Positions 30,737 to 33,232 of a stretch of DNA of 33,232 bases are shown here, in pieces (position 1 is the stretch's first letter; each line of letters opens with the position of its first letter). This DNA is from Somniosus microcephalus (taxonomy: Eukaryota). The stretch is taken from contig CM126224.1 in the NCBI GenBank assembly GCA_052327205.1, forward strand, positions 60,976,769-61,010,000, given 5' to 3'. Position numbers and translations under genes: made by a program. The notes under the pieces are model-generated. The model was not told where the DNA came from and did no database searches. It saw nothing but the letters and a program-made list of their open reading frames with translations.

Positions 30737-33232
30737 CCCACTCCGGATAGGACCCAGGGGCACTGCCCACTCTGGATAGGAGCCAGGGGCAATACGCACT
30801 CCGGATATGAGCCAGGGGCACTGCCCACTCTGGATAGGACCCAGGGCACTGCCCACTCTGGATAGGAGCCAGGGCATTGCCCACTCTGGGTAGGACCCAG
30901 GGGCACTGCCCACTTCGGATAGGAGCCAGGGGCACTGCCCACTCCGGATAGGAGCCGGGGCATTGCCCACTCTGGATAGGACCCAGGGGCACTGCCCACT
31001 TCGGATAGGAGCCAGGGGCACTGCCCACTCTGGATAGGACCCAGGGGCACTGCCCACTCTGGATAGGACCCAGGGGCATTGCCCACTCCGGATAGGACCC
31101 AGGGGCACTGCCCACTCTGGATAGGAGCCAGGGGCAATGCCCACTCAAGATAGGAGCCAGGGGCAATGCCCACTCCGGATATGAGCCAGGGGCACTGCCC
31201 ACTCTGGATAGGACCCAGGGGCACTGCCGACTCCAGCTAGGAGCCGGGGCATTGCCCACTCTGGATAGGACCCAGGGGCACTGCCCACTTCGAATAGGAG
31301 CCAGGGGCACTGCCTACTCCGGATAGGAGCCAGGGGCACTGCCCACTTCGGATAGGCCCCAGGGGCACTGCCCAATTCAGATAGGAGCCAGGGGCAATGC
31401 ACACTCCGGATAGGACCCAGGGGCACTTCCCACTCCGGATAGGACCCAGGGGCACTGCCCACTCCGGATAGGAGCCAGGGGCAATGCCCACTCTGGATAG
31501 GACCCAGGGGCAATGCCCACTTCGGATAGGAGCCAGGGGCACTGCCCACTCCGGATAGGACCCAGGGGCACTGCCCACTCCGGATAGGACCCAGGGTCAC
31601 TGTCCACTCCTGATAGGACCCAGGGGCAATGCCTACTCCGGATAGGACCCAAGGGCACTGCCCACTCCTGATAGGACCCAGGGGCAATGCCCACTCCAGA
31701 TAGGCCCCAGGGACATTGCCCACTCTGGATAGGACCCAAGGGCACTGCCCACTCCAGATAGGACCCGGGGCATTGCCCACTCCAGATAGGAGCCAGGGGC
31801 ATTGCCCTCTCTGGATAGGACCCAGGGGCACTGACCATTCCGGATAGGAGCCAGTGGAACAGACCACTCCGGATATGATGCAGGGGCACTGCCCACTCCA
31901 GATAGCACCCAGGGGCAATGCGCACTCCAGATAGGACCCAGGGGGACTGCCCACTCTGGATAGGACCCAGGGGCACTGCCCACTCCGGATAGGACCAAGG
32001 GGCACTGCCCACTCCAGATAGGAGCCAGGGGCACTGCCCATTCTGAATAGGAGCGAGGGGCATTGGCCACTCTGGATAGGACCTAGGTCATTGCCCACAC
32101 TGGATGGGACCCAGGGGCAATGCCCACTCTGGATAGGACCCAGGGGCACTGCCCACTCCGGATAGGACCCAGGGGCAATGCCCACTCCGGATCGGACCCA
32201 GGGGCATTGTCCACTCTGATAGGACCCAGGGGGAATGCCCACTCTGGATAGGAGTGAGGGGCAATGCCCACTCCGGACAGGAGCAAGGGGTGGTGCCCAT
32301 TCTGGACAGGAGCGAGGGGCACTGCCCACTCAGGACAGGAGCGAGGGGCACTGCCCACTCTGGACAGGAGCGAGGGGCACTGCCCACTCCAGACAGGAGT
32401 GAGAGGCGATGCCCAATCTGGATAGGAGCCAGCGGCACTGTCCATTCCGGATACGAGCGAGCGGCATTGCCCACTCCGGACAGGACACAGGGGCACTGCC
32501 CACTCTGGATAGGACCCAGGGGCACTGTCCACTCCTGATAGGACCCAGGAGCAATGCCTACTCCGGATAGCACCCATGGACACTGCCCACTCCTGAAAGG
32601 ACCCAAGGGCACTGCCCGATCTTTTCCGGATAGGACCCAGGGGCAGTGCCCACCCTGGATAGGAGCCAGGGGCATTGCCATCTCTGGATAGGACCCAGGG
32701 GCACTGTCCATTCCCGATAGGAGCCAGGGGCACTGCCCACTCTGGCTAGGAGCCAGGGGCACTGCCCACTCTGGATAGGACTATGGGGCACTGCCCACTC
32801 TGGATAGGAGTGAGTGGCATCGCCCACTCCGGATAGGAGCGAGGGGCAATGCCCACTCTGGATAGGAGCGAGGGGCAATGCCCACTCTGGATAGGAGCCA
32901 GGGGCACTGCCCACTCTGGATAGGAGCCAGGGGCAATGCCCACTCCGGATAGAACCCAGGGGCATTGCCCACTCTCGGATAGGAGCCGGGGCAAAACCCA
33001 CTCCGGATAGGACCCAGGGGCAATGCCCACTCTGGATAGGACCCAGGGGCACTGCGCACTCTGGATGGGACCCAGGGGCAATGCCCACTCCGGATAGGAC
33101 CCAGGGGCAATTCCCACTCTGGATAGGACCCGGGGCAATGCCCACTCCAGATAGGACCCAGGGGCATTGCCCACTCTGGACAGGAGCCAAGGGCATGGCC
33201 CACTCCAGACAGGAGCGAGGGGCACTGCCCAC
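30737..33232. repeat. 29-bp GC-rich satellite/minisatellite (roughly 85 units, runs off the window)
   Basis: Unit CCCACTC(C/T)GGATAGGA(CC/GC)CAGGGGCA(C/A/T)TG, with 28-bp variants. Confidence 0.97.

Noticed and set aside
29063-33232. Pro/Ser-rich, Gly/Arg-rich and SGQCPW-repeat ORFs
   Set aside because: Translations of low-complexity DNA, the N gap and the 29-bp satellite.
30737-33232. Common origin of the 29-bp, 27-bp and 50-bp repeats (shared GGAGCCAG, CCCAGGG, CAATGC words)
   Set aside because: The shared words are short and not collinear, and the 50-bp unit is already explained by CR1.

Overview
This is eukaryotic, repeat-saturated vertebrate DNA. It is most likely from a cartilaginous fish; that is an inference from the DeuSINE/SacSINE1-like SINE, CR1 LINEs with TTCTTATG-type tails and GC-rich Harbinger elements. 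I could not support any host gene. From left to right the window holds: (1) a tRNA-head Deu-domain SINE; (2) an old CR1 whose ORF2 has spawned a 50-bp minisatellite that is split by a 603-bp solo LTR; (3) a 1.48-kb solo LTR; (4) a full-length Ty3/Gypsy element (Mag-like, minus strand) with 182-bp LTRs, a CACAG target-site duplication (TSD) and one nonsense codon in integrase; (5) a decayed CsRn1/Kabuki-like Gypsy element (plus strand) whose 3' LTR has a deletion with templated filler; (6) a 27-bp minisatellite; (7) CR1 and L2 fragments; (8) a long minus-strand CR1 interrupted twice by PIF/Harbinger DNA transposons, one a deleted compound element with two right ends and the other a complete 4.2-kb two-gene element (intact DDE transposase plus a 3-exon Myb/SANT partner carrying one stop codon); (9) a polypurine tract, a 500-N gap and a 29-bp satellite. 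All the systems belong to known transposon superfamilies. The interesting points are structural: a LINE-born minisatellite, a double-ended Harbinger, a repair scar and near-intact elements. I found no evidence of a new biological system.
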